From assembly GCF_009914755.1 (NCBI RefSeq), contig NC_060947.1: 64,000 nucleotides of DNA. The stretch is one strand, 5' to 3'. This stretch comes from the human T2T-CHM13v2.0 reference genome, Homo sapiens. How positions within the stretch are numbered: the first letter of the stretch is position 1; each line of letters starts with the position of its first letter. Both the position numbers and the translations under genes were made by a program. Under the pieces are notes generated by a model. The model saw only the letters and a program-made list of their open reading frames with translations, did no database searches and had not been told where the DNA came from. Positions 1-13,448 of this stretch are shown piece after piece.

Positions 1-2430
1 TACTTGTTTAGTGAGGGTATAAATCTTTATACACCCATAATTCCTAAGTATTGCATTACACAGAGCCTGGGGCCCCCAATGACTCCCTTTGTGTAATATA
101 GACATTAGTTATCTCATCAAGAGTTTACTTATTATTTCTCTTCCATCAAGAAGCACCTATTTCCCATCTTTAGTTTGAGTGACCTTTATCTTGTCTAATT
201 CTTCCTTCTCTTCTCTGGTAAACTGGGGCCTTAATACTACCTTAGGGATGTCTGGGATCAGGCTAAATCGTTTAATTTCTTTCTCTAGGGAGGCTTGCTT
301 AGCAGCTTTATCTGCAAGCCTGTTTCCTACAGCTTCTATAGTGCTCCCCTTCTGATGACCATTTACATGAACTATGGCTAGCTCTGCTGGAAGGAGGAGG
401 CTTTCTAAAACCTGTTTGACCAGTTCCCCATGTACCAATTATTTTCCCCTGCTATTTATTAGGCCCCACTCTGTCCAGATTTTTCTAAAAGTACGTACCA
501 CTCCATAGGCATATTTAGAATTAGTATAGATATAGTGCCTTCTTGGCCTTTAGGAGCTTTAGGGCCTGGTTAAGAGCATATAATTTACAGGTTTGGGCCA
601 ACCAGCCATTAGGTAGTCTACTTTTCTTACATAAGGAGTGTTTATTTCCATTAATGACAGCATAACAATTATGTCTTTTGCCATTTATCACTCGGGATGA
701 CCCCTTTACAAATAGCCTTATCCCATCATGTAGTGGAGCTTCCCTAAGGACCGATTTAACTTTGGTTTGGTATTTTATGATATTTAAGCAGTTATGATCT
801 GATGTTTCTTTTTTCTCCTCTTTTTTCCATAGGAAATTGGGTGGATTCAGGCAAGTATTTATTGTTATGACCAAATTATTTTTTTCTAGTAATATGGCTT
901 CATATTTTAGAATTTGAGAATCTGTTAACCATTTACTGGCTTTTTGATTTAATATATTCCTGACCTGGTGTGGAGTGCTTACTATTAGGGCCCCACCAAA
1001 GGTTAGCTTTCAACTCTCTTCTCTTTTTTTTTTTATTATACTTTAAGTTCTGGGTTACATGTGCAGAATATGCAGTTTTGTTACGTAGGTATACACGTAC
1101 CATGGTGGTTTGCTGCACCCATCAACCAGTCACCTACATTAGGTATTTCTCCTAATGTTATCCCTCCCCTAGCCCCCCACCCCCAAACAGGCCCCAGTGT
1201 GTGATGTTACCCTCCCTGTGTCCATGTATTCTCATTGTTCAACTCCCACTTATGAGTGAGAACATGTGGTGCTTGGCTCTCTTCTACCAGCAGGGCTGTG
1301 GCAGCTACTGCTTGCACACATTCTGGCCACCCCAAGAGACAGGATTGAGAAGCTTGGAGAAAAAAGCAACAGGTTGCCTCTTCCCTCCCCAGGTTTGAGT
1401 GAGCACCCCAAGGGCCATGCCCTGGTCTACTGTTACAAACAGATGGAATGGTTTCTCTAAAGATGAGAGGGCCAGGATGGGGACTGTAATGAAGGCCTGC
1501 TTTAGCTCTTTCACTGCCTGAATTTCCTTTGGGGACAATTGCAAAGGATTGGGTTCTTCTAATAACTTGAGATACAGAATCTTTGTCTTTTGAGCATATG
1601 AGTTAATCCATAACCTAACCTACAGTAGCCAGTTAAACCTAAACATTTTTGGAGTTCTCTCTTTGTTTTAGGCAAAGGTAGACCCACTATTCCTGATATT
1701 TTCTCTGGCTTTATTCTTTGCTTCCCTTCACTAATCAGGTGTCCTAAATATTTAACTCCTTTTCCTAGAAACTTCAATTTGTTCTTAGAGACTCACAATC
1801 CCTTTTCTCCTAGAAAATTAAAGCAAGCTTATGGTGGTTTCTGATATCACCCCAGAAATTAAAAGATCATCTACATATTACAACAACTAGTTTCCCCTGG
1901 AAGGTTGGAATTCCTCCATGACTTTTTCTAAGATTTGACCAAATAAGTTTGGGGCTTCCATGAAACCTTGTGGCAGCACAGTCCAGCGGTACTGTTGTTT
2001 CTCCCAGTTATAGGATTTTCCCATTTAAAGGCAAAGAGGTCCCTACTCATAAAGTCTAGGGGACACACCCAGAATGCATCTTTTAGATCCACCACACTGA
2101 ATCACTTATGTTCATAGAGTATCTTTCTAAGGAGGGTGTAGGGGTTAGGCACTACAGGGTGGCAAGTCTGGACAATCTGATTTATAGCTCTTAGATCTTG
2201 CACCAATTTATATGATCCATCAGGCTTTTTGACTGGGAGAATTGGAGTATTGTATGGTGACATGCAGGGTTTTAATAGTTCATCTTTAATTAATCCCTCT
2301 ATTACCGGTTGGAGACCTTTTCTCCCTTTAATAGAAATGGGATATTGTTTTCTGCAAACTACTTCCCCTGGTTGTTTTAGTTCAATCTCTAAGGGTGTGA
2401 TTTTTAGTCCTCCCCTGTGCCTTCCCTAAC
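1..2430 (-). pseudogene. ERV pol remnant (RT, RNase H, start of integrase)
   Basis: WTVLPQGFMEAPNLFGQ around 1935-1985; YVDD at 1866-1877 preceded by a TAA; VKYLGHLIS; QPVAFFSKLL; RNase H LFVKGSSR and HVNGHQKG..GNRLADKAAKQA; HKGSHWGPQALC near 60-95. Confidence 0.9.
1023..1276 (-). mobile_element. 5'-truncated L1PA 3' end inserted in ERV pol
   Basis: Poly-T then TTATTATACTTTAAGTTCTGGG (L1 3' end); TSD CTCTCTTCT at 1014-1022 and 1277-1285. Confidence 0.9.
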
Positions 2431-2790
2431 CCACAAAAGAGGATTAATTTTTCTCTCCTCCTCCTCTGTTAGGAGGCCCATTATTACTTTTATTTTTCCT
2501 TCCTTTATTTCTAATCCTAAGCCCAATCTCACAATCAGGTCTTGACCCAGGGAGTTAGTTCCTGCTTCAGGAAGATATAAGAGTGACCCCTCAATTTCTT
2601 CTGGTCCTAATCTAATTAACATTTTCTTGAATATTGGAACCTGAAATCCCTCCGCTTTTACCCCTAATGCTGTTGATTTTTCTGTAGAGAGTTCTGTACC
2701 CCTTGTTTGGTGAATTAGGCAGGAGCGAGCCACCCCAGTATCAACCAAAAATGTTGCTGCTTCTCCTTTGGGTCCCAACTTCAAGATCAA
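2404..2790 (-). pseudogene. ERV protease remnant
   Basis: ORF with FLVDTGVARS active-site motif and NSLGQDL (GRD-like) motif. Confidence 0.85.
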
Positions 2791-3537
2791 CAGTCATGAG
2801 GGGGATCACCTTTTCTGCTTTTTTCCATTCAGGACATTTTCTCTTAAAATGCCTAGCTTTTCACACTTGTAACATCCACTCATAGCCTTAGGAGTTTTTC
2901 CCTGCATTTCTCTTCTTTCTCCGTGTCGAAATTTGTCACTCTCTTGTCTCCTTTGAGGAGGATTTTGATCTAACCTTTTTTTGACTACATCTTCCACAGT
3001 GGAAACCATGATTTTCGTTTTTTGTTTCTGTTTCTCTTCCTCTCTCCTTACAAAGACCTTCTGAGCTTCCCTCAGTAATTCTTCAATCATTTCTTATTCC
3101 ATCCTTTAATCTTTTGTAGTTTTTTTTGGTAATGTTAGGCCAGCTCTTCTTACAAAGTTAACTTTCAAAAGGCCTTGCCCTACTGGGTCCTCTGAATCTA
3201 ATCTGGAGTATTTGTTCATCTGATCTCTGAGCCTCTGCAGGAATGCAGAGGGAGTTTCCTCTTTTTCTTGTTGAATCTTGAGTGCCTTTGAGACAGTTTG
3301 TATCTTAGAAGTGGACTCCTTGATTCCTTTAATTATTAGTTCCTTGAAGTCTTGCATTTGGGCCTGGTCCCTGGGACATTATTATCCCATTTGGGATCAA
3401 CATTCGGAAATGTTTGTTTGGCTGGCAAGACTTCTTGCCCGGGAGGGTGTTGCCTCTCCCAGATGGTCATGGCCACTCTCCTAATCATTCCCCTTTCTTC
3501 TCCTGTGGACAGGATATTTATGATAGACATCAATTCA

Positions 3538-3860
<323 letters not shown>

Positions 3861-4161
3861 GGGAAGAAAGAACCTAGGAATTGGTCCAGCTGGTCCCTGT
3901 CCCATGGGAACTTCCCTAAGAAGGAACATGCTAGATGCCCACTATGTGGAAGGGATAGGGAAGTTCTCAGTATCCCTCTTACACTGTTCTAATTCTTTTT
4001 TCTTTTCTTTTTTTTTTTTTTTCATTTGGATAAGGATTTAAAGGAGCAGTTGGTTCAGCTCCTCCTTGGTCTGCAGGTTTTTCTTCCTTTAACCCTCCTG
4101 CTGCCCATTGATCTTTCTGTCCCTTATTTTGTGAGACACGTGGAGGGGGCAAGCATAATAG

Positions 4162-4395
<234 letters not shown>

Positions 4396-5193
4396 TAGGC
4401 TCTTTTTCTTCTTTGAGGGGAAACATGGGGGCTAATTCCTTGATCCAGCAGAGTGTAACCTATCTTTTCTTGTGATTATGGGGTTTTATCATTTACATAG
4501 AGAATTAAAGCTTGGCACACTCAGTCATCATCTGAGCCAAACTTAGGCCAAAAGACGGAAGGCTTATGAATGGGGTCTTTGGGCCAGATAAAACAGCAAT
4601 ATATTATTATCTTTTGCTTTTCCTTGTCCCCAGTTTGAGGGTCATCCCTCCAAATCTGCAGCATTCTCCCAAAGGACTATCCGGGGAAATGTCAGAGGGA
4701 ATCTCTTTGGCTCCCTCTTTTCTTTGTCCCCTAGGCCTAGAATTTCTGTTTCCCATTTTTGGTCAGTCTCTGTATCTGAGCTTTTCTCTGTGTACTCGGC
4801 CCCCACACTGGAGGTTTCTTGCACACCCAGAGAATCGCTTTGTCCATCTCCAACCATCTCCCTCACAGGAGAACAGAACCACGGATTGGGACTCCACACT
4901 CGCTTTGTATCCAGGATACGTCTCAGTCACACACACTCAACCTCCGAAAATGCCCAACCACCAAGGCGGTACTTATAGTCCAATTTTCCTACCTTGACTT
5001 GTGCATGAGGTTGCCTGGTTGCCACAGTGCCTGCTTTATTCCCTGTGTCGCCTACGCTGCCTCCTGAATAACAGTCTTAGGTTTGTCTCTGGCCTCTGTG
5101 GGGAGCCAGGATGCCTGGACAGAGCAGGCCACCTAAATCAGGTGGGACGTGTCTCCCCTATTGGCTGGGGTCCCACTCCACACAGGCACAGAG

Positions 5194-5211
5194 ATCCCAG
5201 ACGGGCCCCCA
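5194..5211 (-). promoter_or_regulatory. Retroviral primer-binding site, closest to tRNA-Pro
   Basis: TGGGGGCCCGTCTGGGAT, 16/18 match to the tRNA-Pro PBS TGGGGGCTCGTCCGGGAT, 4 nt from the LTR end. Confidence 0.8.
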
Positions 5212-5215
5212 TGTT

Positions 5216-5676
5216 TGTGAGAAACACACATTCACCCATCCAAGCCCAAAGAATGGACTCAGAGATATGAAGAACAGTGGAAGTGAGACTTTTAATGGCA
5301 GTCTTGCAAGATCAGGTGTCTGGTAGGCAGGCACACCCAGGGCAGTTACAGCAGGTAATTCATCTCCTAGCATGCAAGTCCTTCCCCCAGTTCCTCATTG
5401 GTCGAGTACTATGGGGTTACAATCTTCCTGGATATTGTCCAAGTTTCATTATCCCCCTTACAACATTATACCCCGGTCCCCTTCCCTGCTTAAGTTTCAA
5501 TTTCCCAATAACAAAACTTTCTTCCCTTTTATGGGCTGACCCCTCCTCTACATTCTGTTCACTTATCATGACCTTCTAGGTGCATGAGCCATACAGTTTG
5601 TCACATTCACAGGCTGGCTGTCAGTACTTACATTTATTGTGCCTTGAAAATTGACCATTTAAAATGTTTTCTCACA
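5216..5676 (-). mobile_element. 5' LTR of the provirus (LTR10-like, tentative LTR10C)
   Basis: 461 bp bounded by inverted termini TGTGAGAAA...TTTCTCACA; ATTAAA on - strand at 5291-5296. Confidence 0.8.
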
Positions 5677-5960
5677 TCACCCTATTGGAGGCTGGGACCT
5701 AGAGCAAGAAACTGGCAGATTCGGTTTCTGGTAAGGACTCAATTCCTGATTTATAGACGGTGCCTTCTCATTGTGTCCCTACATGGTGGAAGGGAGTCAC
5801 GGGGTCTCTCTAGGATCTTTTTTTTTTTTTAATAAGGGTACTGATCCTATTCATAAGGGCACCACACTTATGACCAAATCACCTCCCAAGGTGCCACCTC
5901 CTAATGCCATCACTTTGGGAGTGTAAATTTGGGGAGGAAATAAACATTCAGACCATAGTA
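5677..5960 (-). mobile_element. MLT1A-like MaLR LTR fragment
   Basis: GGAGGCTGGGA..GCAGATTCGG..ATCACCTCCCAAG..AAACATTCAGACCATAG resembles the MLT1 reverse consensus. Confidence 0.75.
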
Positions 5961-7569
5961 GAATGTTTTTGTAAAATAATATATTTATAAAAACCAGTTA
6001 CTAAAGAAAACTACACACACACACATACACACACACGTGTGTGTATTTTCATAAGAATAGTAAAGGATATGAAATAAAACTCATTAAACTGTTAATAGTG
6101 GTTTATATTGGAAACTTGGAGGGGTGGGGAACAATGCTGATTTTTTTTACTTCCTACTTTTGACAGATTATTTACCAGTGAAGGTATACTTCTTTAGTAA
6201 TGGAAAAAATTTAAATAATCCTACCAAACTAAAATCCTTCCAGTTGCTCAAACATTTCATTCTCCTTCACATTTCAAGGTTTTGTTCATGATTTTCTCAA
6301 AACTGGAACACTGTCTCTCTGACACCTTCACCTGGCTACTCATCTTGTAAGTCTTGGTTTCTTTATTACTTTCTTTCAGAAGCCTTCCCTGAGTACCCTT
6401 CTTCTCCCTATAACCTTGCAACTGAGTTAGGTGCCCTCCTCTGTGTCCCCTAGCACTCTGTATTGCCCTAAGATAACACTTACCTCACACTAGGTTGTGA
6501 TTGTTGGTTCACATGTCTTCCCCCCTACACTGTCTTATGCACTGCAGTATTCCCAGTCAGTATTCAATATGTATTGAATTTATTAATTGATTTATAGACA
6601 CAACATTACTGAAAATCCTATTCCTTTTATTCCAAAGGGGAAAAAATGGAGAAATATGGAAGACAGTAAAGAAGGGAGAAAAGAAAGATAATTCAGAGAT
6701 TTTATTAGGCCCAAATGAAAAGCTAGATGGAGAGGCAGAAGGAAGAAACAAGGCAACCTGGAGAAGAAGAAAGTAATCTGAGTAACACAGTCTGTCATAT
6801 CTTCATCTATCTCATGCGATCAATATTCCACTCATACTAGACTACTCACTCTGCTACCCCAAATACATACTTATACACCTGTATGACTTTGCTCATGTTA
6901 TTCTTGCAGCCTAGAATGCTCTTTCACGTTTTCCTCCACCCAACTCCTACTTTTCACAGGATTTTGACCATGCAGAAGCTTTTGACAACAGTTCACCACT
7001 GCCTTCTTTGTCAAACGAACTCCATTTCCCTGGCCAGCTGGCCAGCTCCTCTTTTTCTGTCACCTGACTTCTAATGCTAGAATTTCTGCAATACAATACA
7101 GCCAACCAAAGGATGAATGGGAAAGGCATGGTTAAAGGACCAGTGTAGCCCATGATGCCAAAAGACAGTGAAGCAATATCAACCAAGTCCTGAGGGAACA
7201 AAAGTGTGACCCAACAATTTTATATCCTGTCATTTTGCCCTTCAACAGACAGATATCTTCAAGCATGCAAAAGGTCAAGAAATACAACACATGTGAGTGC
7301 TTCTTTTTAAAAATACTAGCAGATGATAAAATCTAGACAATCAAAATATGTACCAAAAAAAGAACTCAGGAATAAAGAAGCTTTGAGAGAAGGACTAGTG
7401 GTAAGTATTGAATTAAGTTGGACACAAGAGCAAACAACTTAGAGAATTTCAAGTGGAGAACAGAATGTAAGTGTTATAAACTGTGAGAAGGCACAAATAA
7501 TAATATAGCTAACAGAAATCAGGAGATGAGAGGGGAAGTGCAGGGGTTACATTTCCTCATATTTATTAT

Positions 7570-7810
7570 GACAGTTTACTATGTGCCACGCACTGTGCCA
7601 AGTATTTTACAAGTGTTAACTCATTCGTTCCTCACAACAATCCATGCAGTAGGTACTTTTTTTCTTAAGTAGGTACATTTTAATTCCTTTCCAGAGAGCA
7701 AATTGAGGCACGTAGAGATTAAATAATTTCCCCACCTTCACATAGCTAGTAAGTGGCAGAACTGACTTGAACTCAGGCAGGCTATCTCCAGAGCACATGT
7801 CCATAAACAT
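7570..7810 (-). mobile_element. MIR
   Basis: TACTATGTGCC..CTCACAACAATCC..AATTGAGGCAC..CACATAGCTAGTAAGTGGCAGA. Confidence 0.8.
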
Positions 7811-8144
7811 AGAAATCAGTCAACACTATCAAAAATTGAGACCCGGAGATAAAAATATGAAGACTTCAGCCTCTTTATATTTTTTAAATCTTTGATCTTA
7901 ACTTTAAAATAGTCTTTCAGAAACTACTATTCCTTGAGGGGGAAGAAGTTTACCAATTCCTTGACTCACACTTTGATTTAATTTTCTTTGTTCAATTCAG
8001 TGATTCTTAAAACATAAATAATGTGTTAAAATTTGCCTATCCATTTGTTAATCCTATATAATAAAAGTGATTTCCAGAATAATGCTCATTAATCTTAAAA
8101 CAGCTACTGGTTATTAGGTGTTCACTATCAAAGTAAGCACTTTA

Positions 8145-8474
8145 TTTATTTATTTATTTTTATTTTATTTATTTATGTATTTATTTTTTATTTTGAGACA
8201 GAGTCTCACTTTGTCACCCAGGTTGGAGTCCACTGGCGTGATCACGGCCCACTGAAGCTTCAACCTCCTGGGCTCAAGTGATTCTCCCAACTCAGCCTCC
8301 CAAGCAGCTGGAACCACAGGCACATGCCACCATGCCTGGCTAATTTTAAAAGTTTGTAGAGACAGAGGTCCCCCTGTGTTACGCGGGCTGGTCTCGAACT
8401 CCTAGGTTCGAGCAATCCTCCCACCTCAGCCTTCCAAAGTGTTGGGATTACGGGCATAAGACTCCATGCCAGGC
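8145..8474 (-). mobile_element. AluJ inserted in a MIR
   Basis: CTCCTGGGCTCAAG (J type); (TTTA)n tail; TSD TAAGCACTTTA at 8134-8144 and 8479-8489. Confidence 0.9.
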
Positions 8475-8724
8475 AAAATAAGCACTTTAAATGGATTACC
8501 TCATTAAGTTATCACAACAACCTATAGGTACTGTTTGTATCCTCCTGTTTTTCAGATAAGAAAATTGAGGCACAATAATGGCTATTCTTGGTTGGTGCAG
8601 ATTTGAAGGGATTTTTTCTCTTTTTTGTATTTTTATATTTCTCCATTATTTTTATAATGAGTGTGTATCTTTTTTATAAAATGAAAGCCATTGTGAAAGC
8701 ATGTCTCAAAATAAATAACTGTGA

Positions 8725-10495
8725 AGATTCCCTGGGGCTCAGTCTTGAGCTCTTTTCTCCTTTTGTCCTGAACTCTCTTCCTAGACCATATCATAGACTC
8801 CCATAGGTTTGAATGCCATCCAAAGGCAAATGGCCCCCATATCTATATTTCCATTCAAGCACCTGTTTTCCAAGCTCCAGACACATTTGCCCAGCTGCCA
8901 ACTAGACAACTCCTGTTGGATACTTCATAGACTGTTCAAGTTTAACATGTCCAAAACTATGCTCATCACTTACCCCAGACTGGTCCTCCTCAGTGCTTCC
9001 TAATCCCAGTGAATGGTGCCACTGTCCACCCAAAGGCACAAACCAGAATCTATGTTATTTTTTGTTCTTCCCTTTCTCTCATTCTCTATATATTCAATCT
9101 ATCACCAAGTATATGCTTTACCTAAAATATGTCCCAGATCTGTTTACTTATTTCCATCTCTGCTACCACTTCCTAGTCCAAGCCACTATAATCTCTTTCA
9201 GTTACCTCCTAACTGGTCAACCTTTTAAAACTCTTGCCCCCTTACAATTCATTCTTCTCACAGCAGCCAGAGAGATTTTAATAAACATAAAAGGAATTCT
9301 ACTTAGAACTTTTCAATTAATTCCCATTGTTTGTAGAATAACTTCAGTTGAGTACACGGGCACATGCCTGTAATGCCAGCAACTTGATAGGCTGAAGTAG
9401 GAGGATCACTTGAGTCTGGGCCAAGTCCAGCCTGGGCAAAATAGCAAGACCCTATTTCTAATTTTAAATAAATAAACTTCAAACATTTACCATGACCTTT
9501 GTGGCAGAAATTATAAGTTGCCTACTCAATATGTTTCCCCCTTCTATATATACATAAAAAGATATTATTAAGAGTGGTAACAGGCTCAGTTGAAAATAAA
9601 ACCTCCCCAGACCCCACTATAAGTAGGAGTGGTCATCCAACCCAGTTCTGGCCAATAAGATAAGCAAAAATCTACAGGACAGGGCTTCCAGGAACACTAT
9701 TACTTTCTTAATGGAAAGGGACAAATTTAGCTGCCACATGTTCTTTTGCCCTTTGCTATCCCCCCTTTATCCTGCCTAGAGGTGGAGCAGCCATCTTGGA
9801 AGCATGATGATGGAGGCCATGCTCAAAAGATCACAGAACAGAAAGATGGAAGCTTGGGTCCTTGTACTTGAACTAGCCCTGGACTGCTGACTTTGTGACT
9901 CCCATTATGTGAGAAAAATAAACCCTTCATTTGGTTAAACTGCCATAACTTGGTTTCTATTACATACAGCAAAAAACAGTCCTAGCAGATGCAACTCTGA
10001 ATATGTCTCCTGCCTACCTCTTCAGCCTTATCTCAAGTAACTCTCCTCCTCATTCACTACATCACAGCTACACTGACTTTCCTTTTATTCTCTAAATAAT
10101 TCAACCCCTTTTTTGCTTCAGGATATTTCCATGTGCTGTTCCTTTGGCCTGGAATAATCTTTTCCCCACTCATTACCAGCTAACTTCTACTCATTATTCA
10201 GGTCTTAGCTTAAGTGACAACTCCTCAGCATGGATTTCCCTCACCCATCCCACCCAATCCAAATTAGGTGCTTTAAAGCACCTGCACTTTTCCTTCTTAG
10301 CATATATCATCATTTATGTACTTTTATTTACAGGATTTTTTTCCTTTTAGTTTAATGTCTGTCTACCCAACAAGACTCTGAGCTCTATAAAGGAGGAACT
10401 GTGTTTGCTTGTCTACTACTGAATATATATCTAGCTCCTATAACAATGCCTGCCACATAGGGGACACTGAATAAATACATGCTAATCAATGAACA
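8725..10495 (+). mobile_element. L2 3' region, interrupted by an Alu monomer (about 9350-9470) and an MLT1 LTR (about 9500-9995)
   Basis: CAAGCTCCAGAC..CTGCC..AACATGTCCAAAAC, and L2 terminus ATGCCTGCCACATAG..AATAAATAC..AATGAA. Confidence 0.7.
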
Positions 10496-11928
10496 GTCTA
10501 TTGAAATGCCATGTCCTTTGTGCCATTTTTCCTGCTTTTCTGAATCAGAATTAATCACTCTTCCCTCTATGTTTCCATGGAATATTGCTTTGACTCTTGG
10601 TTTAATTCAATCCTTTTAACAAGAAAGGCATGTTTTAAAAGATCTCAAAGTCTATTCAGGAGAGGAACACATAAAAAAGAATTATAATACAGCATACAAA
10701 GTATAACGGTTGAAGTATGAGCAAGATACAAAAGTAGAGCAAGGGAAAGGGTAATTAACTTAACGAAGTGGAAGAGATGAGACCAGGAAAGGCTTTCAGG
10801 GGGTGATAACATCTAGGCAGCATTTTGAAAGCCAAATGGGAATTTTCCAGGTAAACAAGGGAAGGCAGAAAACTCCAGGCAATGAATATAGCATGGGCAA
10901 ATGTCCTACAGTGTGAAGAAGTAGGGCATGTTCATTAATAGGGTGTACAGTGTGAGGCAGGCATCAGAGGCATAGTGTGAATAACATCACTGAGGGGAAC
11001 CATCTGACCCAATAAACATAAGTTTCTCCATGAGACTGCTCTTGTGGCTTTTCTTTTTTCTCTCTTTAAGCTTGACCAAAGAATTGTAGAACATATAGAA
11101 TCGTGACATATTTCATAATTTATGTAATCAGTTTAATGCACAATCATGTATCCAACAATTAGAAAATTATTTTCCTTGAGACATTAGGATGTGGAGGTAG
11201 TCATATGTACATGCCCCATTTTCCTGCCCAGCTGCGACCTCCCAGTTGGCTCCATCGCTGTAGAAAAAAATTGTCCAAAATCAAGACTAGAGAGTTGGAC
11301 AAAGTCGAGATCATTAAATGCCTACTATGTCACAATAAGTGGCTTGGATTTTATAGACAATGAATAGATACTAAAGGATTTTAAGCAAGGGAGAGATTAT
11401 CCTCAAATTTGAGTCTTAGAAAGATCACCTTGAAGACAATGTATGAGAGACAAGGAAAACAGAATTCTATTGCAATAGTAAAAGTGACTGAGAACCTCAA
11501 CTTAAACAGTGGTGATTGACAATGGAGAGAATAGGATTGCAGAGCTAATTCAGAGGCAGAATTAACTGGACTTAATAATTGATTAGCCATGGGGATGAAC
11601 AAGACAGGAAGAAATCAAGGATCATCTGGAAGTTTCTATTCTAGAGACTGATTATTGTGTCATTTAGTGAGAGAGGTAATACCAAAAAAAAAGTGCATGT
11701 TTGAAAGGAGAGATAACTAATTCAGTTCGGGATATATGGAATTTGAGGTGTCTGTTGGGTATTGTAGATGTCTAGCAGGTTAGATGGACATATGGATGTG
11801 GAGCTCCAAGAGAACAGCCTGGGTAAAATATATGGATGTGAAAGTTCTCAAAAAGGATGACAAACTAAACTGGGGTGTTAGCAGTGAGCACAATAGGAAA
11901 GAACAGCTTTCAAAGATATAAAAATTTA

Positions 11929-11982
11929 GAATAGATAGGATCTAGTGATTGATTGGAATAGATAGGATCTAGTGATTGATTG
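11929..11982. repeat. Perfect 27-bp tandem duplication
   Basis: GAATAGATAGGATCTAGTGATTGATTG x2. Confidence 0.95.
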
Positions 11983-12002
11983 GATAAAGGGAATGTGAAA
12001 AA

Positions 12003-12088
12003 GAGACAAAACCTCAGATTTTTGGTTTGAAAGACAAACCTCACATTTTTGGTTTGAAAGACAAACCTCAGATTTTGGTTTGAAAGAC
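12003..12088. repeat. About 27-bp tandem repeat x3
   Basis: AAGACAAACCTCA(G/C)ATTTTTGGTTTGA units; copies 2 and 3 start at 12031 and 12058. Confidence 0.95.
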
Positions 12089-12107
12089 TGGGTGCGTGAC
12101 AATTCCA

Positions 12108-12495
12108 CTATTATAAGCTAAGTTATGTTCCCTCAAAATTCATATGTTGATGCCCTAGCCCCCAGTATTTCTATATTTGACTGTATTTGGTGATAGGGTT
12201 TTTAAAGAGGTAATTAAGGTTAAGTGAAGTCATATGAATGGGACCTTATCCAATATAACTGATGTTCTTATAATGAAAGGAGATTAGGATACAGGCATAC
12301 ATAGAGGGAGAATGTCATGTGAATATGGAGATGGTCATCTACAAGCCAAGGAGAGAGGACTCAGAAGAAGCCAACCCTGATAACACCTTGATCTTGGACT
12401 TCTAGCCTCCAGAGCAGTAAGAATATAAATTTCTGCCATTTAAGCTACTCAGTCTGTGGTATTTTGTTATGGCAGCCCTAGCAAACTAATATAGC
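12108..12495 (+). mobile_element. MLT1A/B-type MaLR LTR
   Basis: CCCTCAAAATTCATATGTTGA..ACCTTGATCTTGGACTTCTAGCCTCCAGA..TTATGGCAGCCCTAGCAAACTAATA. Confidence 0.85.
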
Positions 12496-13334
12496 CACCA
12501 ACTAAGGTTGGGAATATGAGGGGAAAAAGTAGGTTAGGAGAAGGTGTTGAAAGAAGACTTTGATATAGAACATGTTGAGTTTGAGATTCCTGAGGTATAT
12601 CCAGGTGGAGATGTTCAAATGGCCTTGAAATTAAAAGATATAACTGGGTTACAGGTACAGATGTGGAAATCACTGATATGTAGGTGATATTTTCAACTGT
12701 AGGAATGAATGATATCATCTACGAAGTCTGTGTAAAGTGAGAATGATCATCAAGAAGAGAACCATAAGGCATGTGAACATTAAAAAGCAGACTGAGGAAG
12801 AGGACCCAAGAAAGGAGAAAAATCAGAGACAGAAGATGAAGAGAGAGAGCTTAGAATTAGTCTTTATTTTATCCTGTTTTCATTATAATTAGTTAAGTAC
12901 ATATTGATAGCACCATTTAAAGAGCTTTAACTTAGTGAAGGAGGCAATATCTTATTCATTTCTGAATCTCAAACACCAAGCACAGTGCCTGACATTTAAT
13001 ATCCCTGCAATAAATATTTGTTGAACCAAATGGAATCGAAATTAGGACTTCATTCCCTTCTTTGTTTTGTTTGCTTATTTCTGGAGTGTGCAGCATGTAT
13101 TGCCACTGATATTTTAAGTTCATAGTGAAAAATCATTTCAATGTGTTCTAGGCTTGGTCCCCTTCCAACCCAACCCCCAGGACAATAGTTTTCATTATAA
13201 CCTTCTGTCTTTGCCATTCTGGATGGAATTCTGTGCACAGAAGTTATATACATATATGGGTATATCTATGTAACAAATCGCAGCACAGGAGTCCCCTGGG
13301 CTCCCTCAGGCTCTGGTATGACATATTTGAGCCA

Positions 13335-13363
13335 TATAAATTCAGCTTCTCCTCTGGCATCTG
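13335..13363 (+). promoter_or_regulatory. TNMD: TNMD core promoter: TATA box and E-box
   Basis: TATAAA at 13335-13340 and CATCTG at 13358-13363, about 110 and 90 nt upstream of the ATG; implies a TSS near 13365. Confidence 0.75.
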
Positions 13364-13448
13364 TTAGCCGACTCACTTGCAACTCCACCTCAGCAGTGGT
13401 CTCTCAGTCCTCTCAAAGCAAGGAAAGAGTACTGTGTGCTGAGAGACC

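Larger units (their letters stand above)
10640..12830 (-). mobile_element. L2 fragments (antisense)
   Basis: Purine-rich TTTGAGGTGTCTG..GATGTCTAGCAGG..GGACATATGGA and TGTTGAGTTTGAGA..TCCAGGTGGAGATG motifs. Confidence 0.6.

Noticed and set aside
11929-12088. CRISPR-like array of 27-bp hairpin repeats
   Set aside because: Units are directly adjacent with no spacers, there are no cas genes, and the DNA is primate.
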